This document shows, piece after piece, positions 54,045 to 64,000 of a DNA stretch of 64,000 nucleotides; position 1 is the stretch's first letter, and every line of letters begins with the position of its first letter. The DNA comes from Macrostomum lignano (lineage: Eukaryota). The notes below the pieces were generated by a model. The model did not search any database and was not told where the DNA came from. It was given only the letters and a program-made list of their open reading frames with translations. Location: the NCBI GenBank assembly GCA_002269645.1, contig NIVC01001052.1, positions 124,001 to 188,000 of the forward strand, given 5' to 3'. A program made the translations under genes and the position numbers.

Positions 54045-57000
54045 TTAGCTATTCATGACTTCATATATTTTAGCTACACCAGTGAGCTCTTTTCTGACTC
54101 TTTTTTCATTTGTAGCATATCCTAACTTGTGTACTTGCTTGTCATTTAGGAGGTACTGACAGAAGTATTTTTTTCTGAACTTTTCGGTTTGTGGACATTC
54201 GGTCAAGTAGTGTAGGATATCGGAACCATTTCTCGCTCCACACAGTCTACATGGTTCATGAGAGAAAATGTTGGGTGTAATTTCGCATTTCAGTTTTAGG
54301 AGGGTTGTTAGGAATTTTTTGTTTCTAAAAGTGCATGGAAAGTAATCTGAAAGGTCAGGCCTGCAGATTTTTTTGTAGAGATAGGCGTTTTTATAGAGTT
54401 TAATATGTTGCTGATTCTCTAGCTTTTGGCTAAGTTCTCTTTCTCTGTGTATCTTGAGGTGCTTTTTCACTAGGTATTTCTCGTTATTAAAGCTTTGGGA
54501 AAGTTTATCTTCAGTTAGTGCTTTTAAGTCTATACTTTCCAGTTTCTTTAGTATATTTGTTTTCCATGGATTTTTTTGGCTGGTGTTTGAGTAGAAAATT
54601 TCTAGTGTCGTTTGGCAAAGTTTTTGATGTCTAATCTTCAGCCAGTAGGTAAGATAGGTTTTAGCAATTCGTTGGGAGATTGGAGTAAGCTCAAGTTCTG
54701 ATGATATCACACTGTTGCTAGCAAATTTTGGTAGATTGAGGAGATATTTGTAGAATTTCAGCTGAATGTTATCAATAGCTTTTGTTTCAGAAATGGTAGC
54801 CAGAGGGCCCCAGAGCTCACAGCCGTACGTGATAACGGGGGTGACAAGCGCGTCGAATAGTCTGCGAATGAGTGTGATGTCCAGGGACGTATTTTTTACC
54901 TTGTGGAGTAGGGAAAACATAGCTGAATAACCCTGCTTAGTTTGATGTTCAATACATTTTTTAAAGCTGTTTTTTGGTTCAAAAATAATTCCCAGGTATT
55001 TAAATTCATTTACTTCCTCTATTTCTTGGTTGTCGTAGATTATTTTTGTAGCAAAACTTTCTGTGTCATTTTTTTGTCTGGTACTGCCCTGCATAAACTT
55101 TGTTTTGCTTGCATTAACTTTCAAGTAGTTTTGCTTGCAGTAATTTTCCATAGTTGTAAATGTGTCTTGAAGTTCATCTTTGTTTTTAGCTAGAATGGCT
55201 TGATCGTCCGCAAAGAGCAGGATGAGTGGGAAAGCAGATCTCGTAAGAGAGCGCCTAGCGCTAGAGAGTTCAAGATATTCAACAATGTCGTCAATATATA
55301 GTTCAAAAAGGATGGTAGAGAGAGGGTTACCTTGAAGAACACCTTTAGATATTGGGATTGGCTGGGTTTCATCATCATCATCATCTTTCTTTAGAATGAA
55401 ACAGGCATTTTTATGCATGTTCTTGATAAGTTCTGTCATTTGACCTTTAATACCTTGGTTATCCGTTTTGTGCCAAAGGGTCGGTTGATTTAAGCTATCG
55501 AAGGCTTTTTCATAGTCAACAAAACCGATAAAGAGTTCATTTTTGTTGTAGATGGACTGGTTTATAATGTTGTAAAGATTAAAACATTGGTCGATTGTGC
55601 TGTGATTGGGCTTGAAACCGTATTGGTATTTTGATATAAGATTGTTAGCATATGCTAGGTTTTCAAGTCTGGATTTAATAATTTGGCAAAAGAGCTTGCC
55701 AAAAATTGGTTGAATGCAGATTCCTCTGTAATTGTTGGGGTCGGCACTGCTGCCTTTGTTTTTATAAATCGGATGAAGAGTATTTGTAATCCAACTAGTT
55801 GGAAAGGTTCCTTGTTTGAGTGCTTCGTTGAAAAGTGAGCATAGGAGGTCAGTAAGTTCGTTTTCAAGGTATTTGAGTGTTTCTACATATACTTTATCAT
55901 GCCCAGGTGCTTTGTCGGTTTTGAGCTTTTTAATATGTTTTATAACTTCTTCTTTGGTGAATGGGGCATTGAAATCCTCTAAATTAGTCAGAATAGGGTT
56001 GTCAAGGTGAAGATTGTATGCTAGTCTAATGCTGCTGTCTTGTTCAGTTACAAGATTTTGAAAGTGTATGACAAATTTTTCGTCAATTGCTGCATTGTTA
56101 TTGGGGCGGTTATGTGGTTTCAGTAATTGCCAAAGCTGTCTTGTATCATTTTGAATATAAGCCTGGTTGATCATGTTTTCTGCACACAGTATTGATTCAT
56201 GTTTCCAAGAAATCAAGCTTTTTTCATATGTTTTTTTAAGCTGTATTTTGGATGCGAGGTTGCTACTTGTGGGGAACATCTTATATCTTCTGCTGGCATG
56301 CCTGGTGGCATTTCTCAGGTCTTTAAGAAATTGTGGCAATGCTGAACAGAGAGGGTTTTTTGTTTCTACTGTGATTTTACTTTGGATTTGCTGAACTTTC
56401 TTGCTTAAATTATGGATGAAAGCTGGGTTTTGCATGTCGAGATTTGGGATTTTATTCTCCAGATCCTTTAGATCATCTGAGAAGCAATTGATATGTTTTT
56501 CTTGTTGTGGGGTGGGTTTATCTAGTTTTCTTAATATCCGGAATTTTGTTCTTTGGTTATTGGTTGCTTGTTTTGTTTCTGTAATCTCTGCTGTGAATTT
56601 ACATGATAATGAGAGTATAATTTGATTGTGGTCACTAAGGTAAGTATGGTTTCTTACTTTAAAGTCTTCAAAGTGCTCAAGTAAGTTGCTAGAGACAAAA
56701 CAGAGGTCAATTACAGATGAACCAGTTTTGGAGATAAAGGTAAGTGTTCCAGTTGCATCAGATAGGGATCTACCATTGATTATATGCAAGTTATATGAGT
56801 TTGTGATTTGGTTTAATAATCTACCACTTTTACAGGTTTTTTTGTCTTGGCTTTGCCTATAGAGTGAGATATTTTTTGCCTTTAAAGTGCTTATTCTATG
56901 CAAATCTATATGATCAGTATTGTAAGTATGTGCATTAAAATCTCCCACCAGGATTATGTTTTCTTCAGAATGATGTGCATCAAGTATTAGTGCTAACTGT

Positions 57001-57629
57001 TCCCAAGACTCTTCTTCATAGTATTTTGAAGATGTTGGTGGTATGTAAGAGTTGATAACAGTGAAATTTTTGCTTTTGTCCTTTTTGTTTTTAAAGTTTA
57101 ATGTCAAAAAATTGTTGTAATTATTGAATGACTCAGTCACATTGAAATGTGTTTCTAGTGATTTTTTATAAGCAGTCAGTAGGCCGCCAGATGCCCTACC
57201 AGTAGAACTGCTTCCTTTTTTGTTTGCAGACTTTTGGAAAATTGTGTAGTTGTCACGCAATTTGTCAGTGCTGAGAAGCCTATCATTGCTTTTTGTGTCA
57301 ATTATCCAAGTTTCTTGAAGGCAGAAAATATCATGCTTAAAAATTGGTTCAGCTTCTAACAATTCAAGCTTGGGAATCATCACTGAGTCTTTTATAGTAT
57401 AAAGTCCTGTAATATTCCAACTGCTAATTGTGAAATTTTGTTTAATCTTTTTAATATTGAGTTCAGAGAGTTTTGATTTAGTGTTTTGAGATATTTTTAT
57501 GTTCCTATGAGTGATACTATTATTAATCAAGATAAGATAATCTCTAGTGTACTGAATCCGCTTCTTTTTAGTCCTATTAGCATCAGTAGATTTATTAATA
57601 CATCTAGTATCAAAAAGGTCGGAAGTCAA
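54045..57629 (-). CDS. LINE ORF2: AP endonuclease + reverse transcriptase + C-terminal CCHC finger
   Basis: Uninterrupted 1194-codon frame with WNITGL, CLQETW, GDFNAH, SDHNQI, KAPGHD, NYRGI, QYGF, DYEKAFDS, GVLQGNPLS, LFADD and CRLCG...HYLTECP. Confidence 0.95.
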   Translation of the reverse strand: MTSDLFDTRCINKSTDANRTKKKRIQYTRDYLILINNSITHRNIKISQNTKSKLSELNIKKIKQNFTISSWNITGLYTIKDSVMIPKLELLEAEPIFKHDIFCLQETWIIDTKSNDRLLSTDKLRDNYTIFQKSANKKGSSSTGRASGGLLTAYKKSLETHFNVTESFNNYNNFLTLNFKNKKDKSKNFTVINSYIPPTSSKYYEEESWEQLALILDAHHSEENIILVGDFNAHTYNTDHIDLHRISTLKAKNISLYRQSQDKKTCKSGRLLNQITNSYNLHIINGRSLSDATGTLTFISKTGSSVIDLCFVSSNLLEHFEDFKVRNHTYLSDHNQIILSLSCKFTAEITETKQATNNQRTKFRILRKLDKPTPQQEKHINCFSDDLKDLENKIPNLDMQNPAFIHNLSKKVQQIQSKITVETKNPLCSALPQFLKDLRNATRHASRRYKMFPTSSNLASKIQLKKTYEKSLISWKHESILCAENMINQAYIQNDTRQLWQLLKPHNRPNNNAAIDEKFVIHFQNLVTEQDSSIRLAYNLHLDNPILTNLEDFNAPFTKEEVIKHIKKLKTDKAPGHDKVYVETLKYLENELTDLLCSLFNEALKQGTFPTSWITNTLHPIYKNKGSSADPNNYRGICIQPIFGKLFCQIIKSRLENLAYANNLISKYQYGFKPNHSTIDQCFNLYNIINQSIYNKNELFIGFVDYEKAFDSLNQPTLWHKTDNQGIKGQMTELIKNMHKNACFILKKDDDDDETQPIPISKGVLQGNPLSTILFELYIDDIVEYLELSSARRSLTRSAFPLILLFADDQAILAKNKDELQDTFTTMENYCKQNYLKVNASKTKFMQGSTRQKNDTESFATKIIYDNQEIEEVNEFKYLGIIFEPKNSFKKCIEHQTKQGYSAMFSLLHKVKNTSLDITLIRRLFDALVTPVITYGCELWGPLATISETKAIDNIQLKFYKYLLNLPKFASNSVISSELELTPISQRIAKTYLTYWLKIRHQKLCQTTLEIFYSNTSQKNPWKTNILKKLESIDLKALTEDKLSQSFNNEKYLVKKHLKIHRERELSQKLENQQHIKLYKNAYLYKKICRPDLSDYFPCTFRNKKFLTTLLKLKCEITPNIFSHEPCRLCGARNGSDILHYLTECPQTEKFRKKYFCQYLLNDKQVHKLGYATNEKRVRKELTGVAKIYEVMNS

Positions 57630-57677
57630 TGAAGTTCAAAAAGCTTTGATGAAGGGGACTCCCTTCTTATATGCAAT

Positions 57678-58520
57678 TCAAATGTTTTTCTCACCATCTT
57701 CTTTCCGTTTTTTCAGCTCTTTGATGACCTTCTGCTTGTACGTACGTTCCTTCTCTGTTAGGTCGTTCTCTATTCTGACTCTTTGATAGGCAGAACCAGT
57801 TTCCCGCAGGTTTTTTAGGTTGCCGAAGAAAGCTGCTTTGTCACTTTCGTTTGCAAGGCGAACAACCAGGGGCCTCGGCCGGTTGCTAAAAGGTTGCTCA
57901 CGGCCAAGTCGTTTGGTGGCGATAATTGGCACTGTTGATGGGGTGATCTTCAGTCCATCTCGTAGCAAGTTCTCAAGCTCCTCCGTCTCTTGCAATCCGA
58001 AAATTATTATATTATTTTTTTTAACATTTCGCAGATTCACTTCTTCTACAATCTCATCGAAGCTTATGTCGTACGTTATTGTTTGTTTGCCATTTTCGAT
58101 TGACTCGAGCTCGGCGATGCGTTCCTCCAGGGCGTCCAGTTTAGTATTGATGGCTTTTAATTGCTCTATGTTGTTGATGAGCGCACGCGCGTGCACCTTA
58201 CAGTCGCGACAGGTCCAGATGAGCCCATTGTTGCTGGGGCCATTAGCGATTGCGGTAAACACAGGCTTGGCTAGTCCAGAGCAGGCCTGGTGGCACCAGC
58301 GGTGACAGCTCTCGCACTCGATGCCCTCGTGGACTTCAACGTTGCAAGCAAGGCAGCTACTGTCCTCGGTCTCTCGTCGGGATTTGGATCGCGGCGGAAG
58401 GGATGCACCTGTTGGTGAAACATCGTGGACTTCCGTGTCATTTTTTCGTTTGCCTTTTTGCGACATGTCGTTCTCGGATTGTGCGTTTTCATTTGACATT
58501 TGAAACATCCAATGAAACAT
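57678..58520 (-). CDS. LINE ORF1: PHD finger + coiled coil + RRM-like region
   Basis: CLACNVEVHEGIECESCHRWCHQACSGL...WTCRDC; NNIIIFGLQE...RLGR...RPRPLVVRL...RIENDLT. Confidence 0.9.
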   Translation of the reverse strand: MFHWMFQMSNENAQSENDMSQKGKRKNDTEVHDVSPTGASLPPRSKSRRETEDSSCLACNVEVHEGIECESCHRWCHQACSGLAKPVFTAIANGPSNNGLIWTCRDCKVHARALINNIEQLKAINTKLDALEERIAELESIENGKQTITYDISFDEIVEEVNLRNVKKNNIIIFGLQETEELENLLRDGLKITPSTVPIIATKRLGREQPFSNRPRPLVVRLANESDKAAFFGNLKNLRETGSAYQRVRIENDLTEKERTYKQKVIKELKKRKEDGEKNI

Positions 58521-59865
58521 TTTTCATTGGATGTTTAAATTAAATATAATACTTCTTTGAAATGTTGCAACAAACAAAACTACGCATACAAAAGAGACAT
58601 CTCACAATGACTCTTTGCAGGACTTGCAATATCTTATTATAAAAAGTAGACTAACTAGTTATGTAGCTATATTTTACTTTTTCTTTTTGAAAAAGTCGTT
58701 TTGTCTGCCGGCCAACAAGAAGGCGGTAGACGAAATGATGACCAAAAGAAATTTCTTGATAAAAAATTTACCTGACAAAATAACATTCACTATTTCACAC
58801 ACCCTAGGCTTATTCGAATTAGTTGCTTTATATTTATAAATAAGTCGACGAAATGAGGAATTGAAGCTCGATTAAAATAAAAGATGTCACATTTTTTAAA
58901 GACCTGACCCAATGTCAATGAAGTGCTATACAGGCTATTTATAGGCCTAAAAGCCTAGGCCTAAAAAGCTTTTTATGAAGATTGGTTCTAGAACCTGGTC
59001 GAACCAGAATAATTCCAATTACCAATTCCAGAACTAGGGGCCTAGAATTGGCAGGAAAATGATAGGCCTAAGCTTCAAACCCATTTTTCTTTGTCATTCT
59101 TTATAATTTAATTTTGTCTTTCTTTGTCTTTGGCTTTATCTTGGATAGCCTATAACAAAAAACAGAGTTCTAAAAATATATCAATCATAAAAATTGAAGA
59201 TTTCAAATATATATTGTAGGCTAGGCCCTACTGTTAAAATGTAAACATAATAATGGTCATGGATAGATCAATAAAATTTCTCAATCTCAAACTAAATTCT
59301 AGAACTGGATCACATCATCACGATCACAGTTCTGGATCTAGAACCAATTCTGAAAATGGAATAGAGTTTAATAGATAATGTGAAAAGCTTAGAACCAATT
59401 CTTAGGCCTAGGGCCTATTCTAAAATAGCCCAGGTAATATGAAAAGTCATTTTAAGCTTAGGTAGGCCTAACTTAGGCCTAGACCTAGTCTTGACCTAAG
59501 TATACATAAAGTCAAATACAACTTAGTTATAATATATGGATAAGGGCTATCAAGTTAGTTGCTATTATATTTAATTGGTAAAAAAATACTAATTGCTGGA
59601 ATAGTTATTTATTTGCTTTTTATTTTTCTATACTCTATCTGCTAAGTTAAAAAAAAGAAATGGGATCACAGTTGCTAGCAATGACAGGTATTTTTTAGAT
59701 GAAATGTTCCATGAATATGTTTTTGTCAACTAGGCCTATTTAGACAGAAACATCTTTATGGTCTGCTAGTACAATCAAAGAAGGCAGCAAGGCCATTGAT
59801 AAGGCCTACTAGAGCTTGGCAGCTAGATGGCTCTATGAGTAGGCCCCTATCTATCATATATACGC

Positions 59866-60011
59866 AACCTTGGAAATCACTCAGCCATTTCTATTGGCAA
59901 AATACACATGTAAGTCACTATTGGTTAAGAGAAGTCACATGACTATTATTCTGTCCAATAGTGATTTACATGTGTGTTGCCAATAGAAATGGCTAGGTGA
60001 ATCCTTAGGTT
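59866..60011. mobile_element. Small foldback/MITE-like hairpin
   Basis: AGCCATTTCTATTGGCAA...TACACATGTAAGTCACTATTGG / CCAATAGTGATTTACATGTGTG...TTGCCAATAGAAATGGCT. Confidence 0.65.
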
Positions 60012-60207
60012 ATGCCCAAGCCTAATCATGGTATGCATGGCATGGTAGCATTTATGGCATAACTATGGTTTTGTTTGTTATATTATTTCTTATTTCAAAT
60101 TTGTTCCAGCGCACATAGAAATGGCACATTATATTATTTTAAGTTCAAAAAAGATGACCCACCACCAAAAAAGTTCAAATTAGAGTTCGAACTTACGAGA
60201 AAGATAA

Positions 60208-61064
60208 TTAGACGGGATAATAGTGTGACACCCAGTAGAGAAAGTTGCCAAACACATTCCGTGGATATAGACGGTGCCACAGAAATTCCTGCAGATAAGT
60301 TTCAAATAGACCATCACTCGTCCCATACATGTTGCGAAACTTTGCCATTTGCCTTGTAATGCGCCCATGTTTCCTCAATAATGTTTGTATATACCGTTGG
60401 GTCCTAGGGTCCACAAAATGGAGCCAGTAGTTTACAGACGCATGATTTGGCAGTGCATTGTATGCAGCCCAACCATCTGCGATGATTCGTCATAGCCTTC
60501 AATGGCCTTCACGGTAGGCTCCAACATGATATTTGCGATGAAAAAACTTGGACTTGTCTACTTCGACTTCTTGGCCAGGGCCGCCCAGCTCAACAGGGTG
60601 ATCTAGCAGGTACTGGGCACAAATGTCTCGACAGAAGTTACCCCAGTTGGCAACAGCATTGGGCGACAAGATGCAACACTGGCATTGGATTTCGTCGAAC
60701 TGGACTCTCACAGACCACCAGTAGATATAGTCAACAATTTGCTGCAGGGTCAAATGTCTGGCTTCAAAAAAAGATCCCTTCCTTATAGAAACTTGGGCAC
60801 GACAGTCTTTGCAGGCCTAGGCCAAGTTATCAATAAACCGGGCACCTTCTCAGCGTTGCAAACGCATTTGAGCACCCGGCTTGCATCCACACTGCTGTTC
60901 ATTGGCAAGCAGCCTGTAGGTGGCCAACCAACGAAAGTAGCCAGCGTATCTGTTGTCACGGCTGCCAGGTCCCTTATTGTGAGGTCCAGTTGGCACAGCT
61001 TTGCAGGTGGATGCAAATTGCCTACCGGAATGATCGTCGTAGGAGCTGATGGTCGTCTAGCCAT
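60208..61064 (-). pseudogene. Merlin (IS1016/ISXO2-like) transposase pseudogene with internal deletion
   Basis: GIFFEARHLTLQQIVDYIYWW, ELGGPGQEVEVDKSKFFHRKY, IIADGWAAY, FVDP and YLQEFLWHR. It has stops and frameshifts, and the segment between RKY and ADGW is missing. Confidence 0.8.
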
Positions 61065-62144
61065 TTCTATGTGCACTGGAATGAATTTGAAACAAGAAAT
61101 AATATAACAAAGGAAACCATAGTTATGCCGCATTTACCTCGTATCTTGGTCTCTATGGTCTTAATGGAGCTAACTGCACTGATATAAGCATTATAACTTT
61201 CCTAAGGTCAGGCATTAACATAGTAGCATTGGCCTTGGCAACCTTGCTAGGGCCTAGATTATACACTTCAAGCTGAGTGGCTTTTGGGATGCCTTCTGCC
61301 TGAGGCTAAGAAATGTTACTTTTATATAAGATGTCTCTGAGCCCTTAGCAGCTTATTCCCAGGTGCAATGGGCTAGAAACTGTGCTTGTCAGGCTATTAG
61401 ACCAAAATCTAGCTATAGTTGGGTTTGTTGCTTGCTAGCAAATAGCCCCTAATTGAAGAAATGGCACATCTATGAGGGTAAGTCATGGGAGAGGTCTATA
61501 ATAACAAGGCAATGACAATGTTGCTGGCCCTACAAGAAAAGTAGGCCAGATAGACAATGAACCAAGAGTAGGCTAAGCAGAAAGGCAAGAACACTAAAAA
61601 AGCAAGAACATAGCAAAAAGGGAAAGGCAAGGAAGAGAACAGAGGCAGCCAAAAGGAGAAAAAAAGGAAAGAGAGAGAAAGAGGGAGAGCTGCAATTAGT
61701 AGCAGTCAGTAGCCCAAGAAGGCATGGAAACTGCTAACTAAAGTGGGGCATCTAATTATATAAACTAATAGTAAAAGAAGCACTTTTGCACATAACTGAA
61801 AAAAATTTGGCATGAATAGAAGTTGAAAATTTGATATAATATAAATCTATAAAAATTCTACTAGGGATTCTTTTGTAAAACTAATTTTGACTATACTTTT
61901 TATAATTCTATAAGCCAATACCCTATATATTATGTTTTATATATAACCACTAGATCTAAGACTGCATAAATCCTTATACCAGAGCATATAGATGCTTAAT
62001 ACCTTAGAGTTGTAAGTCTAGATAACCAATCTGATTAGACTTTTGAATGCTGATTGAAGTGATCATTTGTAGCCTTTTATAGGCTTTTGCCACTTTTTTT
62101 ATAAATGCTATATATAAAACTTCTGTATGCTAGATGGTATATGA

Positions 62145-62856
62145 TAGAGCTGTCAAAATTAGAGATTTTATTCAAGACGAGATTCGAGACGAGAAAGGCT
62201 TATAAGTCAAGAATTTCGAGACGAGACAAGTCAAAGTAAATCTAAAAAATATATTTCAGAATTGCATCTTGTCTTGCTCTTATCTTGTCTTATCTTGTCT
62301 TAAATTTCTTGATAAGATACTATTCTAAAGTATATTTTTTAGATTTTCCAGAATACTTTCTTAATTCTAGTTTTAATTCTTTGCTATTTAGTATTTATTT
62401 ATAAGCATTTATGCTTGTAGCGTATAGGCCCTTGGCTTTGGCCCTACTATGTCTATTACTAATTTGTCAAAAGACCTATGTAGATTGTCTTCGAGTCTGC
62501 TGTGATACACCTTGCCGCAGAACTGAATAAATAACTAAAAGAGCGCATATGCAATGCAAACTCGTATATAACAACGTTCGTTAAATAACTAATATTGCTC
62601 GACATTGGCTAGACTTTATCATTTTACCATTTGAAAATTGCCCTATCAAGCGTGTTACAACAAACAGTTTTATTTATATGAAAATTTGCTACCCTTTTTA
62701 TATCTTATCACTTAAAAGCTTTTGAAAAAAAGGTATCAGAAAAATTCTTGAATCTTGTCTCGAATTTCTTGACAAAATTCGAGATTTCTAGAGACGAGAA
62801 AAAATGTCGAGATCTTGTTTTGAATCTTGTCTCATTGAGATCTCGTGACAGCTCTA
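62145..62856. mobile_element. hAT-type MITE (712 bp)
   Basis: TIR TAGAGCTGTCA / TGACAGCTCTA, perfect 8-bp TSD GTATATGA (62137-62144 and 62857-62864), and internal GAGACGAGA/TCTTGTCTC repeats. Confidence 0.92.
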
Positions 62857-64000
62857 GTATATGATAGTATATATAGAATCAAAAATAATTAAAAGTCAAA
62901 TTGTTTCAAATGGAAAATTATATAACTTATATATCTAAGATTTTTGAAAGTTTGTGCACTTTGTTATATTGACGAAATTGTCAATAATTCAAATTATTCA
63001 TTTCCTTGACCTAAGGCCATAATAGTATAGAGATTCATATAACTTACTATCTCTCAGGCCAATTCCTTTGTTATAGCAAATACCAATTGGATTTGGCACT
63101 CATAAATGCAAACATAGGCATGAAATATAGGCATGACAAAATGGTATAAATGTGCAATAATCTATAGAAATGTTTTTGATCTTATAGGAAAAATCAAAGG
63201 AATTGATTATAAAATGACAACTAGTATTCACATAGGTTTAGATTGGGACTGTTAGGGGCTCTGCCAAATCATGGTGACAGAGGAAATCCTAAAAGAGTTG
63301 TGCAACATGCAGTTGAGCATTGTCCTGTTAGGCTCTAGCTTTGACTGCACTTTTCCTAGGCTCATTGCATGCCCTATAGACACTCAATGGTTTTAAGACT
63401 GACTTTGAATGAGTTTTTCTTGTAGCAAGCCAGTTTTTTAGTAGCTGTTTTTTATGGCCATTTTTGATTTAAGTGAAAAATTATGGAATAATAGCTTTTT
63501 TAGCAGAGTTATAGATTAAACGACAAGAATTTTGCTCCACCCAAAGTATTAAATGTAGCCAATCTAGAACAGCATATTGTTTTTTTCTCTAATTACTCTA
63601 TTTCAAAGGGTTGTCCAAAAAAGGTTACTTTTTCTTATAACTCAAACAATATTCATGAGGCCATAGGCTCAAAGTCAAATTTAATATTTTTATAAAGTAA
63701 AAGTAGGCCTATCATTATTATTGAATGAACAAATATAACAATGTTGGCAAAATCTACAAAGTAGACAAAATGTCAAAACATTATTATATATCAAAAGTTA
63801 AGGTCAAAGCATAAACTCAATTGCTAGCATTCCAATTGTCACAATGGCCATTTGCAAGCTTAGTAGGATGTCCCATAGCCAAAGAATGCATTTAGAAATT
63901 GGTATATATTGACCTAAAGAAAAGTATATAGTTATAAATGGTATGCCTTGTAGATATTAATAAAAAATCAGACTATTGTCATAATTGAATATATTCGACA

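Larger units (their letters stand above)
53595..58760 (-). mobile_element. Near full-length two-ORF LINE (APE-type; RTEX-like by motif recall)
   Basis: ORF1 and ORF2 on the minus strand, with a 3' (ACT)n tail at 53595-53626. The 5' end is approximate and no TSD was found. Confidence 0.88.

Noticed and set aside
60208-61064. Bacterial IS1595/ISXO2 contamination or recent horizontal transfer
   Set aside because: It is decayed, embedded in host-type repeats, and has the N-terminal layout of eukaryotic Merlin.

Overview
Animal (invertebrate-type) nuclear DNA with AT-rich spacers, GC-richer exons and a very high mobile-element density. There are three spliced host genes: a GPS2-like gene (+, 20517-23564), NIP7 (-, 34862-35497) and an unrecognised 4-exon gene of about 445 aa (-, 29774-33973). 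The main feature is a 9442-bp Polinton/Maverick-type element (10478-19919) with ~0.87-0.89-kb terminal inverted repeats (TIRs), ACTACT...AGTAGT ends and a 6-bp target-site duplication (TSD). It encodes a ~1270-aa protein-primed DNA polymerase B split by six GT-AG introns, three of which cut polymerase motifs A, B and C. It also encodes a PC4-like protein and an orphan ORF, but no recognisable integrase, capsid, packaging ATPase or protease. Other elements are: the right part of a CACTA/EnSpm transposon whose second ORF starts with a CIDE-N-like domain; an intron-containing hAT with a 6-bp TSD; a near-intact two-ORF LINE; a Helentron/HINE-like element holding a ~3.7-kb satellite; a deleted Merlin transposase; an RTE-like remnant; and SINEs, MITEs and minisatellites. 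Most frameshifts in the young elements are single-base indels in homopolymers, so they may be assembly errors. All calls come from reading the sequence and recalled family motifs; no database search was run.
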